From assembly GCA_012295275.1 (NCBI GenBank), contig CM022678.1:10726001-10790000 (forward strand): DNA of 64,000 bases, in the 5' to 3' direction. The DNA comes from Chrysomallon squamiferum (lineage: Eukaryota > Animalia > Mollusca). A model generated the notes under the pieces. It saw only the letters and a list, made by a program, of their open reading frames with translations. It ran no database searches and was not told the DNA's origin. Shown in pieces: positions 25,801-40,020 of this stretch. How positions within the stretch are numbered: position 1 is the stretch's first letter; the number at the start of each line of letters is the position of its first letter. The position numbers and the translations under genes were made by a program.

Positions 25801-26650
25801 ACACACATATATATATATATATAGTGAATTGAATGATATCAAAGCAACTACAGTGAAATCAATGAAATGTAATGATAAGATATACACTGAAATGAAATAC
25901 AATGAATGAAATTAAATGAAGTGAATGAAATGTAGTGTGGTGCAATGAAATTGATTGAAATACAATATATGAAATGAAATAATAATACAATACACTAAAA
26001 TAAATCAAATACTATGAAATACAATAAATGAATAGAACTGAATTGAACTGAAATAAATGATTCACAATGAAATAAAGTGAAATGAAATACAATACAATGC
26101 TAAATTAAAATGATTTTGTTCATGGAATAAATGGCTTTTTTACAGTAAGTAAAGAATCATGAAAATAATTAAGTGACAACCCATCCCATTTGAATCATAT
26201 CAAACTTCATTGTACATGTAAATTGTATAATATTGTTTATACAACTCTGAATATTACTTTAATTTTAATATTTTTTTTTTTTCAGGTTCTATTATCGTAA
26301 GCTTGTTTTGAGAATGAAAGAAAATATGAGAAGTGACATTGATTCTAAGTGACTTGTGTTTATCTCCAAGTTCTTCACATTTTCTCACTGTACTGAACAA
26401 ACTAAACAGAAGAAACATCAGAAGATAAAATATCTTCACAACAAATACGATGAACTGAACTTGTTATGTGGACTGCACTTACTGAAGAATTTATAAATCT
26501 GTGAAACTGTGATTTCAGATTCAGAGTGTCATTCATGCAAGATACAGTCAGACATAGACCAGTGGACAGAATGTTTGGACCAGACAGTCAAGTGTGAAAA
26601 AGAAATTATTTTAAAATGTCTGATGCAGAAATCCTTGATTTACTGCTTTA
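22884..26650 (+). pseudogene. Calcium-binding EGF-repeat (fibrillin/mucin-like) gene relic plus unrelated exon relics, copy 1
   Basis: EGF exons 23667-23798 (DLNEYTSTD...CTNRISGFTCSCPAGKKLENHQTTCV), 24040-24207, 24981-25097 (CDSAAVNSSCEQGCRV...CLCRN/TLNSDNKTCS) and 25620-25721, with lost cysteines and frameshifts. Flanked by non-EGF exon-like blocks at 22884-23065, 23413-23515, 26286-26460 and 26519-26620. Confidence 0.8.
25850..26105. repeat. Degenerate (AAATG)n pentamer array (paralogue 49105-49370)
   Basis: Runs of gaaatgaaat/aatac. Confidence 0.75.
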
Positions 26651-28000
26651 AAAAACTACAAATTATATAGCTCAAGGGAGATAACTTTATTATTATTATT
26701 TTTTTTTTAATAAAATAGTGGTAAAGATTTATCAAAATGTTTGTTAATAAAACGTAAAATGGAATAAGATCTGTTGTATAGAAGATATTTTCTTAATGAT
26801 TAATTTGCAGATTACATTGTATGTCAAGTTGTTTTAGTAATTTTTAATTTTTTTTCTAACCAAATGTCTTACTATTCTTTTTTCTTTTTTTTTTTTATTA
26901 ATATACTTTTATTGGAAATCTTGTTTTATAGCATTCTCAGCACCTTAAACCTTTTTAAACATTTTAAATAATTTTTAATTTGAAAGTTCAGATACATTTT
27001 ATACCATATTTCACTAAATTTTTTATTAAGGATTTTGTTGAGGCTTTTCTAAAATTATCTTTTTTATATGCAAAAGTAGCTTAGATGTTGATCTTTTCTT
27101 TTTTGTGTTCAAATAAATATTTCAAATTATTTTGTTTTCTGTTTTTCATTACATATTTGTAGCTAGAATTTTCATCAGACTTGAGAAACAGTTTCCTAAG
27201 AGTGAATGTTTGTATTTATATAGTTTTGAAATAAGAGTAGAAGTAATAGATACAATTGTGGAAGTAGTGATACAGATAATGTTGCAGCAGTTAGTAATAG
27301 AATTAGTAGTAGTAGTAACAGAAATAGAAATAATAGTAGCAATAGTAATACTAGTAGAAGGTAATAAAAAGTGCAATAGCATAAGTAATTGAGGGAGTAC
27401 TGTAATAATGGAAATATTTTTTAAAAATGTTGCTATGTACATATTCAGAAAACACCATAAACACTTTGCTTGGAGATATATAATTTTTAATTTTACTTTC
27501 ATTTCAAATGACTGAAAAATTCGGCTGTTAAATGGTTTATTCTATCTTTCTATCTGTCTTCTATCTGTCTGTCTGTCTCTATCTGTCTGTGTATATGTGG
27601 AACCAGTCATTACACATATTATATAAAATAACTAAAGCTTATTGCTGACCTTGTTATACAGGCTTTTCTTTTTATTTATGAGAGGTAATTATATTCAAAC
27701 ATTTATAATAGGTAATTATAAATGTTTATTTAAACCCTGTTTTCTCCTTCCAAACAAATATTTAAATTATTCTGTTTTGTTATTTATATTTTTAATTTAA
27801 GCTAGAGTCATAGACAACTTCATAGGGTAAAGTGGAGGGGAACAGTGATTAACAAATTCAGTGTTTAGCTGTTATTACAGACATTTCACTAGATGTCAGT
27901 CTGATCCCAGGATCAAATCAGGAGAGCAAATTTTTTTTACAAAATGAGATTGAATGATAATTCATGAGAGAAGCAGATAGACAGACAGAGGGAGACAGAT

Positions 28001-28039
<39 letters not shown>

Positions 28040-28066
28040 TAGAGAGAGAGAGAGAAGCAGATAGAC

Positions 28067-28147
<81 letters not shown>

Positions 28148-28388
28148 CAATAATAATAACAGTTTAATTCAACAATAATAAAAAGTCTGGGTGAGGATTG
28201 GCTGAGGGTAGGTTTACAGTTAGATTTAAGACTGATTAATATTTATTGATAGATAAAAGAAGTCTGTTTTAGGAATTTTGTTTTCTACAAATAAAGCTAT
28301 TATAATTCTTACTAGATTCAAAATAATTTTTAATTTCAGTACATAGTTTACTGTATTTTATCATTATTTCTGTATTGTTTCAGTTATG

Positions 28389-28450
<62 letters not shown>

Positions 28451-29309
28451 GTACTATTTAATATATATTGACAAAAGGAACATTTCAGTGTTAATTCAAT
28501 AAATGTATTTGTAAATATCTTACACTTCATATTATTTTTGCAAATTAGGTTAGGATTTTATATTTATTTTATTTTGTTTTATTATTTGTTTTAATATATT
28601 TATTGATTGAAAAGTAGCAAATTATTTATGTATATGTTTGTATAGAACAGGTTTAGAACCTGGTAATACATACGAAAGTTACAGCTGACTGGTTTGTTTT
28701 GATAGAAAAGAAAAAGAGAAGACATTGAATGTTAAACTCTGCTTAAAACATGATCATGTTATTTCCAACATATTTTAATTGTTATCTTCTTCTTCTTCTT
28801 CTTCTTCTTCTTATCATTATCACCAAACACATGCTACTACTAATATTAATAATAGATTTGTTAATTATGTTGTTGTTTTTTATTATTATTATTTGTTTTT
28901 ATTTACTTTTGTACTTCATTCCTTTTTGTCTGTAACTAAATTAATTTGTAATATATTTTTGACTGCGTATATTCAAAACGTGACAAAGTCAAGTGTGTTT
29001 CGCCTCGGTAAACAAATAGAATGTTAAACTGAACAAGTTGGGTATGAAGATTGTCGTGTCAGTGTGTATACACAGCTAAATGCCAACTTGTTTTTATGTC
29101 TAATAGTTGTTACATATTTTTTTTTTCTTTTAAGCAGATCCAGTATCATCCAGTTCGTCATTCTATTTCAGACATGATTTATTTTTCCAGTGTGTGTGTG
29201 TCTGTGTGTCTTAAAACATCATCAATTATTTTTTTTTTTTTTATTATGTTATTAGTGCTGGTTAATGATATCAGAAACCGGATTCGAGTAATAAAAATAA
29301 ATAAATAAT

Positions 29310-29398
<89 letters not shown>

Positions 29399-31590
29399 GC
29401 GGATGGTAGCGGATATTTAATGTCTTTGTTATAAAATTAAAAACGGATATCTTTGAAACTGTTTTTCAGTAGATACATTTCTCTTCTGTATACTAGGCAT
29501 AGATAATCCTAATAAAGTAATAATGTTTATATGTATATAATCTTTTTATTATTATTATTAAGATAGTTTAAGTCTGTATATAGCAACTATAAACTAGAAA
29601 AAAGTCGTGTGTGTGAGATTTTGTGTGTGTGTGTTAGTAATTATAATAAGTAAATAAACTTCGGGTTTTATATATTACAAACATATAAACTTTTAATATT
29701 TAAGAATTGAGATAAAATAGCTAATGCGGTATTTGCTTAACAGGCAAAGTTTTAGAATTTTAGAATTAAGATAATTAGCTATGGCGGGTTTTGTGTAACA
29801 AACAAACTAAAGTTTTAAAATGTGTCAGTCTAGGCTGGCTTCTCTTGCTCTTTGAATTCGATGTTTTCATTGACATCTACAGTAATCTAATAATTTGTAA
29901 TCTTTGTAAAGTTCGGTGGGCCCTTTTATGAAATGGAGGTAACTGGATCGAGAAATTCTGATCTTGTTTTGATAAGCATTTGACAGCGGGTTAGGCTTAG
30001 ATTTGTCCTGACATGTTGAGAAATTTTGCAGTGTAATCTGTGTCATTAAAGGCGTATATGTTTCACACATATGTATATGTTTCAGTATTACATTAAACAA
30101 GATTTATTTCTGATGACGTAGCATTTTATCTGTCAGGCGGTGGTTCTGAGTCATGTGATCAGCTGATTGTTGTCGTTCAGCCAGGACAGAAAAAAAAGTT
30201 GTTACAAGTATCAGTTCCGTACCTGAGTTAAATCATAGATGTGGGCTTACTGTTGAGTATTGTATGTCATTTCACCACTAATTATAATTTTTTTCTAAAG
30301 TAATAACATTCAGGATATATGAATCATAATAATCACAAACATAAAGGATTGACCCGAACTGAATAAACATCAACTGCTAACATATTTTTCTATTTTATCT
30401 TGCGAAAAAAACCTACATGGAAAATAATAATAAATAAAATAAATAAATAAATAAATAAATAGATAAATAAATAAATAAATGATAAAAAGATTGTACTGAA
30501 GCAACAACTACTAATATTAATACTAATACTTATACTAACACTAACTCTACTCTATTACTAGCTCTACTACCTAATACTAATAATTTTACTATCATTATCA
30601 CCAAAAGTATACTACTGCGGATAACAATAAATCTGTTAATTGCTTTTGTTATTTTACTTTATTTACTTTATTATTTATTTATTTATTTATAATTAATGCT
30701 TTTGGTGTGCACCTGAATTAATTTTGTCATTCAAAACGTGACTAAACAGAGTCAAGTATGTTTCGCCTCGGTAAACAAACAGAATGTAAACTTCTGTTAA
30801 ACTGAACTTGCAGGGTATGAACACCGGCGTGTCAGTGTGTCTACGTGACTAAATGCATATTTCTTTTTATGTCTAAACTTGTATTTCGTTTTTTTTTTTT
30901 TCTTAATTAGATCCAGTATCATCCACTTCGTCGTTCAATTTCAGATTTGGATGTTTCCACTGATTGTGTGTATGTGTGCGTGTGTAAACCAGTTTCTTTC
31001 TTTCTTTCTTTTCTTACATGGAAATCGTCTCTTTATATATATGTTTTTTATTATTTATAGGTTAGCATTTATACAGACTGAGCGAGATAAGCATAAGTTC
31101 ATAAATTACATTTGGGAATATTAGTATTTGTACATACTGTCAACTATTAGAAGGGAAACAAATTTGTTTAAATTCATATTTTAATATGTTAGATATGGAA
31201 ATTAGTTTAATACTGACATAAATTATGTTGAAACATGACCAACTGTATGTTTGTCTTGTATTTGTTTAATTGGAATTAATTTCTTTATTTAACAAGTCGA
31301 TTTATCTTCATTATTTTTCTATCCAGAGTATATTCTCCTACTCCTAAAGAAATCTGTCATTATAAAACACTTGTAACTAGTTTTATCCTTCACACCAGCA
31401 ACAAACAACATATATATAATATAAAAAAGAGAATGCTAGCTGCACATTATCACCACATTTCATATAATAATTAATATCGGGAAATCAATTCAATTATAAT
31501 TGCAGAAAATACTAATTTTACTTAGTGATATTTGTTTCACTCACACAGAGACACACACACGTATATGCAGGTGTATCCCAGAAAGAGGGA

Positions 31591-31698
<108 letters not shown>

Positions 31699-32124
31699 AA
31701 TAATAATTAAAAAAAATAAAAAAATCTGGGTGAGAATTGACTAAGGGTACGTTTATAGTTAGATTTAACATATTAAGATTTATGAATAGGTAATATAAGT
31801 CTGATTTAGGAATTTTCTTTTTACAAACAAAATTATTATAGTTTTTATTAGATTTAATAATTTTTAATTTCAATACACATTTTACTGTATTTTATCTTTT
31901 ATTAAATTTACAAGTTACAATTAAACTTGTAGTTTGCGTATATTTGTGATATTATCTTAGTATTATTTGTATTAATTGTAATCATATCTGTCCTGTGTGC
32001 ACCTAAATGAACCTGACATTGTAAAACACTTTTATTCATGTATGGAAACAAACAGTATATGTTCATCTTTGTCACCTAATGAAATATACTATAATTCACT
32101 GAATTAATTTGTTTAAAAACCATA

Positions 32125-32175
<51 letters not shown>

Positions 32176-32509
32176 TAACAATAATAAACAAAGGTATCTG
32201 ATATATAGAGGAAAAGTTTTACTAAAAGCATATTGCTATTAATTATTTATTATCTTATAAAAAAAAGGATCAATAATCGCCTGTATATTTATACACGATC
32301 TGTTTTGGTTGTAGAAGTTGTATTATCTTTCTCTTTTGTCCAACAAACCTGTAAAGCGGGCTTCACCTTATCATATGATAAAAACATTGTGACGGTTTTA
32401 TTCAGAGACGCTATTCTCGTTTTATCTGAACGAAAGTCTAAGATTTCATTATGTCATTTTGACCTTTACTTTCCTGTCCCACTCTCACAGGGTTATGTTA
32501 TATTTATGA

Positions 32510-32577
<68 letters not shown>

Positions 32578-33339
32578 ATTTAATAATTGTAATCAAAGGT
32601 AACGTCATTGTAACAAATATATAAGATAACTGAAACGTGTTAAAATACTTAGAAAACAATTATGTTACATATATTTTTCAAGCTATTAACAGTGCTGACA
32701 TAATATTCAAACTCTTATTTGGTCAAACTATTGATAAATGTTACCATCCCGAAATGCGGTAGAATTGCTCTCTCTCTTGGTTTAGTCAAATAATAAAATA
32801 TGTAATATTATAATAACATAAATTTAATCGTTAATATGATTTATTTATTTATTTATTTATTTATTCATTTTAAACAGAATGAAATAAAGCTATATAATAT
32901 ACAGAAGGAATATGTAGTATTATTTTATGACTATGATGTATACGTGGCTAAAATCATATATTCACCTTGTATGCTGTTTTTCATTATTATGGTTTATTTA
33001 TATCTCTTCCGAAAAACCTGATACCGACAGTTCACTATTCAAGTTTAAATATGATACAATTTGGCGGTTAAATGTATTATCTTTCTCTGTCCAACTACAA
33101 GCCAGATGCTATCTCTATTATTACTATATGTGTCGCAGGCTGTGACCAGCACTTTATAAATTAATTGAGTGCACAAATTATGTTAAAGTAGTTATTACTT
33201 TTCCTGCAGTTTATTTTATCAGAAGAATTAAATATTTCACGATTATTTTTTAACAAAAGAAACAAAAGTTTTATAGAAAACTTCAAAGCTCCTACCCCTT
33301 CTTCACATGAATTGGTATCTTCCGCTCTGTAAGTGTCAT

Positions 33340-33441
33340 CTGTAAAAACCGGGCTTCACTACTGCAAGAGTAAGTTGACATCGCAGACGAGCAATCGGAG
33401 ACATTTTTTCAGCTCTGAAAATTTTCATTTCTCAAGACTAA
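33340..33441 (+). promoter_or_regulatory. Probable non-coding first exon/promoter of the TRIM-NHL gene
   Basis: Block conserved in both duplicates (55880-55991), ending in aaGTAAGT (33442). Acceptor cacAG at 34145-34146 lies 2 nt before the ATG. Confidence 0.5.
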
Positions 33442-33450
33442 GTAAGTCAA

Positions 33451-33512
<62 letters not shown>

Positions 33513-34083
33513 GTGTTCTAAGATATTTTAAAATATCATTTTCAAAGTCAATTCCACGATTACTTTATCGTGCGAGCTATGTGATTTTCAAGAAAAGTAG
33601 CTCGTCACATTGCGAGAAACGATTTCTTTTAGTAGTGGTGTGGTATATTTCCTTGCAGTATTCATGGATACTCACATATGTTGAGTTTTGGGGTTTTTTT
33701 GGTGATTTTTTTCTTTGCTTCATACAATTTATTACAGTAGACTTCGTTTATAATATTAGTTTTGTCGCCACGCAATTTACAACAGACTGTCGTCTTCCTT
33801 CTAAAATTAAGAGTAACGTCACAAGGTTAAATTTATCAAGTTCGTAATGCACTTTTATTTTACAAATAAGACTAAATAAATAACTAAACAAACAGTTTAT
33901 TTAGTGCATTTATAAAATGACAGTGTTATATTTCCAAGTTTATATATTTATCATTTCATTTTAATTATTTGTATATATCATTTGTCGTATGAATTAACTG
34001 GGATTAATATGCAATTTTACCTCCAGTCAGTTGTTTTCAATTATTATTATTATTATTATTACTTAGTTTCTCTTAGCCTTCCC

Positions 34084-34143
<60 letters not shown>

Positions 34144-34148
34144 CAGAT

Positions 34149-34665
34149 ATGTCAACAGCTTCAAACTCCGATGATAACTTATCTTGCTGTCTATGCATGG
34201 ACATTTTCGACAAGCCACGAGTTCTTTCTTGTGGACATTCGTTTTGTTCGAAATGCCTGCAGGACTTTTTGTGTCACAATTACAACAACGACGATACAGA
34301 AATAAGCTGCCCGTTCTGCAGGCAGAATGTCCACATCCCAGACAGCACGAAACCAGTGTACACATGGGCAGCTCAGTTTCCTATTAACAAGTCACTGGTC
34401 GACGCCATTAATGATCGGCTACAATCAAAGTTTTGTGAGTCACATGTGTTTAGATCTATTACAATAAAAATAATAAAAGAAGATACAGTGATTTTTAACT
34501 CACAATACTTGTGTCCTGTATTAACCATCGCAGCATAAAGAAATAAAGCTTATTTTTCTACCCAGAATTTATATTTGGTTGATAAAATAAATTCAATAAC
34601 TCTTAACATTGTATGCATATCATTGTTAATAGTAGTAATTACTAATTACTAATTCTATTATTATT

Positions 34666-34700
<35 letters not shown>

Positions 34701-34705
34701 TTATT

Positions 34706-34737
<32 letters not shown>

Positions 34738-36239
34738 TTTCAGCTTTAAAGGGAGGCCACATTTCAATTCTGAGTTCTGTTTCTGAAAGTCTCAAATCCT
34801 ACAAAGAAATTCTTCAGACAGAGATGGATGATAAAATTGAGCAACTTCACCAAGCCGTCGACATCAACGTCGTGGACACCGCAGAAGAGGTCAGAAGGAC
34901 TGGTAACACACTAATAACAGATTTCACAGCCGCAGTCCACAAAGAACAAGACAGGTTAATAAGAGAAATAGAAAAATCTCAGAACTTTGTAAACTCAGAA
35001 ATAGACAAATTGTTTAGTGAACATAAATGTCTGATTGATGAAAATAAAAAGTTTATAGAACTCAGTGAACATTTGTTAAAAGAAAAATCAGAGTCAGACA
35101 TAAAAACACATCTTCCAAAATTCACCAAACTTCAAAACACAACTTCCGAGTTTCTGACAAAATCTCTTTCACAAATAGAAAAAGTAGAATTCAAAATAAA
35201 TCTCATAAAATCTGATAAAAAGAAAGAAATTTCTGTGCACATTGGAGAAATAATCACAAACATCCAAACAGACACACAGATAAACAGAGTGACAGACACA
35301 CTGAAACACACAGACACCATTAAAAGAAAAACACAACACACAGTCACACAGACACACAGACAGACAAAGAGACTCAAACACACAGATACCATTAACACAA
35401 AAACACAACACACAGACACACAGATAGACAAACAGACAGACACCCTCAAACACACAGACACCATTAACACAGAAACACAAGAAGATGAATTTGATCCTTT
35501 TGTGTCTTCCATCCTCGTGTCAGGTGAAGACAAGAGTAAAATTGTTGTTAGTGATAAAAACAATAAATGTGTAAAATGTTTTTGTTTAGAAAGAAAATCA
35601 CTGATTTCCAAGCTCGTGACTTCCTCTCCACCATGCGGTCTTGCTCAGTCACGTGATCAGCAGGGTGATGTTGTTGTTGTCGTTGTTGTGCCACGTGAAA
35701 AGAAAATATTGTTTTTAAATTTGGAAAACTTCAAACTGATAAAAACAATTACAACTGGTAAAAAGTATGAGTTTATCGCTGTGTTACCTGGCAACCGTTT
35801 CGCGGTCACTGGTGCGTGGTGGTTTAGTCAGTGCTTGGACATACTGACAGACAGTGGTCAGCTCATTAATTCTATCTCAACTGATTTGATCCCCAGTCCG
35901 TACAGACTCACAGTTCATGATAAATGTCTGATTGTTGTGTCAAAGAGAGAAAACAGTTTATTTTGTGTGAAGTCATCAGGGGACGTCAAATGGAAGTCAC
36001 GTGATTCAGACAACCTGAGAGACTTGACATGTGTTACATGTGACAGAGAGGGGAATATTTTTGTTTGTGATTTTAATAGAAATTGTGTTGTTCAGTTGTC
36101 ACGAGATGGTAACATTACACGTGACATCCTCACTGACCAGGATGGACTGTCCAGTCCTTGGTGTGTCTGTTGTGACGACAACAAACTGTACGTGACACAG
36201 TATAATAAAATAAAAATATTTACTTGGTGTAAAAAGTAA
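34149..36239 (+). CDS. RING - coiled coil - NHL-repeat E3 ligase (TRIM-NHL/TRIM2-3-56-71-like, no B-box); join(34149..34434,34744..36239), 593 aa
   Basis: C3HC4 RING CCLCMDIFDKPRVLSCGHSFCSKC...CPFCR. The GTGAGT donor at 34435 (phase 1) joins the ttcAG acceptor at 34742-34743 in frame with ORF 34824-36239. That ORF has a helical coiled coil followed by NHL repeats (IVVSDKNN, VTCDREGNIFVCDFNRNCV, DGLSSPWCVCCD). AATAAA at 36705. Confidence 0.9.
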
Positions 36240-36517
36240 ACTTCAAACTGTCTGCTAAGTTAGTTTCACTGAACTGTTTTGAAGTTGAAAGTCCACAGAC
36301 ATTTCTTTCTTGTATATAAACAGAAAATCAGTTATTTATTTATTGTAAGGTAATTATTATAGTTAATTTGTTTACTTTCTTTATTTTTATTTTTAAATAT
36401 GTTATTTATTTATTATGAATTACTTTATCGTTTAACCTTGCTAAATTACAAAATAGATTTCACTTTAAAAAAGACTCTGATTTACTTTCGAAATTTTCAC
36501 CAAGTTTCGTCATTTAA

Positions 36518-36634
<117 letters not shown>

Positions 36635-36989
36635 TACTTCTAAACTATAGTTTATTTCAAATAATATTGTAGTATTTAAAATATACTTGTACAATCAAAA
36701 CTGCAATAAAATATTTATATCATAATAAGTAAAATTCTTATGTCTTTATTTAATTTAAATTTTAAAACTGTTTTACATTGCTTCGTGTTCTCTTTGTCTA
36801 TATAGCTACCTATGTAGTCACCTAACTGTATGTATGTATGTCTGTCTGTATAATATAATTAATGAGTAGAACAAAGTAGTTCACTGTTGAGATTTCTCTC
36901 TTAGACATGAAGTTAAGTTTAATTTTTTATTATTATTTTTTTAATCTAAAGAAAGAAATAAACAAATGAAAGGAAAGAAGAAAAAAGAG

Positions 36990-39190
36990 ACACATACATA
37001 CGCCCACACACATTACCATACACACACACCCATACACATACACACACACCATATACACACACACGCACATACACACACAAACTACATTCACACAAACACA
37101 CATATATAGAAACACACACAGATACAAACACAAACACACACCACATACACACACATACAAACACACACATACAAACACCACATACACATACACACATACA
37201 CACACCACACAGATACACACCACATACACACACATAGAAACACATAAACATACACACAAACCACATACACACACATATATACACGCACACACACACACAC
37301 AACATACAAACACACACACATACACACACAAACACATACATACAAACATATTCAAACACACATATACAAACACACACAAACATACACACACACAAATACA
37401 CACAGATAAGATATATACATATACACACACACAAACACTGAAATACACACACACAAACACACACATACACACACACCATATACACATACAGATACACTAC
37501 AACATACACAAACATACATACAAACAAACACACACACATACAAACACACACAAACACACACACACAAACATACACACACAACCACACACACATATAAACA
37601 CAAACACACACACATACATAGAAACACACACATACAAACACAAACACACACCACATACACACACACACAGACCTAGACAAACATACACACAAACCACATA
37701 CACACAGATACACACACACATAAACACACACACATAAACACATTCAAATACACATACACACACAAATACACACATACATACAAAGACACACACATATTCA
37801 AACACACATACAAACACACACACAAACAAACATATATACGATATACACATACACACATACACACATTCAAACACACATACACACACATACAACACACACA
37901 CACATTCAAACACACACATACAAAACACACACACATAAACAAACAAACACATATGTACACATCCACACACACATACACTGACAAATATACACACATACAA
38001 TCACACACACATACAAAAAACACACACATATAAACAAACACACATACACCCCACATGCACACATATTCAAATATACACACACACCACATACACACATACA
38101 CACACACAGATATATACATACACACACACACAACACACACACCTGATATACACACACACACAAACACACAAACATACATACAAACACACACACACATACA
38201 AAAACATACAAACACACACACATACAAACACATACACACACATACACACACACACATACACACACACACACACACATACAAATACACACACACATACACA
38301 CACCACATACACACACACATGCATACACACACATACACACGTTCATACACACATATACCTCATACACACCACAGACACACGCAGATACACACACATACTC
38401 ACACATACATACGCACACTTGCTTACACACATACTCGGACACATACACACAGACACACCACATAAAAACACATACACGCACAGATACACACACATTCAGA
38501 GAAAACATACACATAAACACATTCAAACACACATACTTATACACACGCACCACATCCACACACATACACATTCACACATACACACACATAAACACACATA
38601 CAAACACACCTATGGGGCCAAACATACATCACAACACAACATACACACACAAACATACACACACATACAAACACACACACAGAAGCACACATTCACACAC
38701 ACCACTCACACACATATACACACATACAAACACACACATTCACACACACACCACATGCACACAAACAAACACACACATACATAGAAACACAAACATTCAA
38801 ACACACACACATACAAACACACACACACACACAACATAGAGATACACACCACATACACAAACACACACATTCAAACACACACACATACAAACACACACAA
38901 ACACAAACACACACACATACACACACACACCACATACACATTCACATACACACACACACATACACACACCACATCCAGACACATTCAAACACACACACAT
39001 ACAAACACACGCACACATACACACACCACATCAACATACAAACCACATACACACAAACTAATACAGACATATACAAACACACACACATACACACAAACAT
39101 ACACACATACACATAGACACACATACATACAGACACTCACACACCTACAGATACACCACATTCACACACACATATACATCTACACACACA
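36990..39190. repeat. Cryptic CA-rich simple-sequence block
   Basis: Imperfect (CA)n/(CATA)n/(CAAA)n. It is the source of the many V/C and H/T ORFs. A shorter paralogue lies at 59920-60720. Confidence 0.95.
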
Positions 39191-39544
39191 TAGTTTATTC
39201 TGCGTCTGGTTAGTGATATTATTGTTGTTATTGTTGCTGCTGTTGCTGTTGTTGTTGTTACTATTTTTGGATCAGTTTATTTATTTCCGAACAATAACAA
39301 TAATATCAACATGTATATTAACATTAACTGTAATAATTGTATCTACATACACAAAAACATACGTACTGACATAAATACCCTCATATACAAACACACACAT
39401 ATGTATACACACAGATTATTCTCATTGTGCAGTCTAAACGTAACAGAACAGAATATTGATTCCTGTATAAATACATAAACACAAATATATCTACAGCAAC
39501 ATTAACACACAAATATGTTCATACACAGATAGAACCGGGCGCAC

Positions 39545-39978
39545 ACGCACACGCACACACATGTGTATTAAACTACTGTTTTAATATTTGCTTTTCTTCT
39601 TCTTCTTCTTCTTATTTCTAATATTATTATTATCATTATTATTATCTATTATTATTAATATGATTACTACTACTACTTCTACTACGATTACTACTACTAC
39701 TACTATTACTACTACTACTACTACTACTATTACTACTACTGCTACTACTTTTATTACTACTACTATTTCTACTACGACTACTACTACTACTTCTACTACT
39801 ACTATTACTACTACTACTATTACTGCTATTACACACATGTGTATTAAACTACTGTTTTAATATTTGCTTTTCTTCTTCTTCTTCTTATTGCTAATATTAT
39901 TATTATCATTATTATATCTATTATTATTAATATGATTACTACTACTACTACTACTATTACTACTACTACTATTACTAT

Positions 39979-40020
<42 letters not shown>

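Noticed and set aside
29867-30100. 77-aa ORF in a block conserved between duplicates
   Set aside because: The frame is not preserved in the paralogue (about 51745-51960) and no motif is recognisable.
33418-33434. ISRE-like TTTCATTTC in the TRIM first exon
   Set aside because: Non-canonical spacing and expected by chance in AT-rich DNA.
34435-34538. Unspliced 129-aa RING-only ORF
   Set aside because: A strong in-frame GTGAGT donor and matching acceptor favour the spliced 593-aa product, and the read-through tails differ between paralogues.
35132-35611. Antisense ORFs over the TRIM linker (also 57879-58375)
   Set aside because: Shadow frames of the AC-rich coding repeat.
36933-39136. Many long V/C/Y/M and H/T ORFs
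   Set aside because: Translations of a CA-rich simple-sequence block, open in several frames on both strands.
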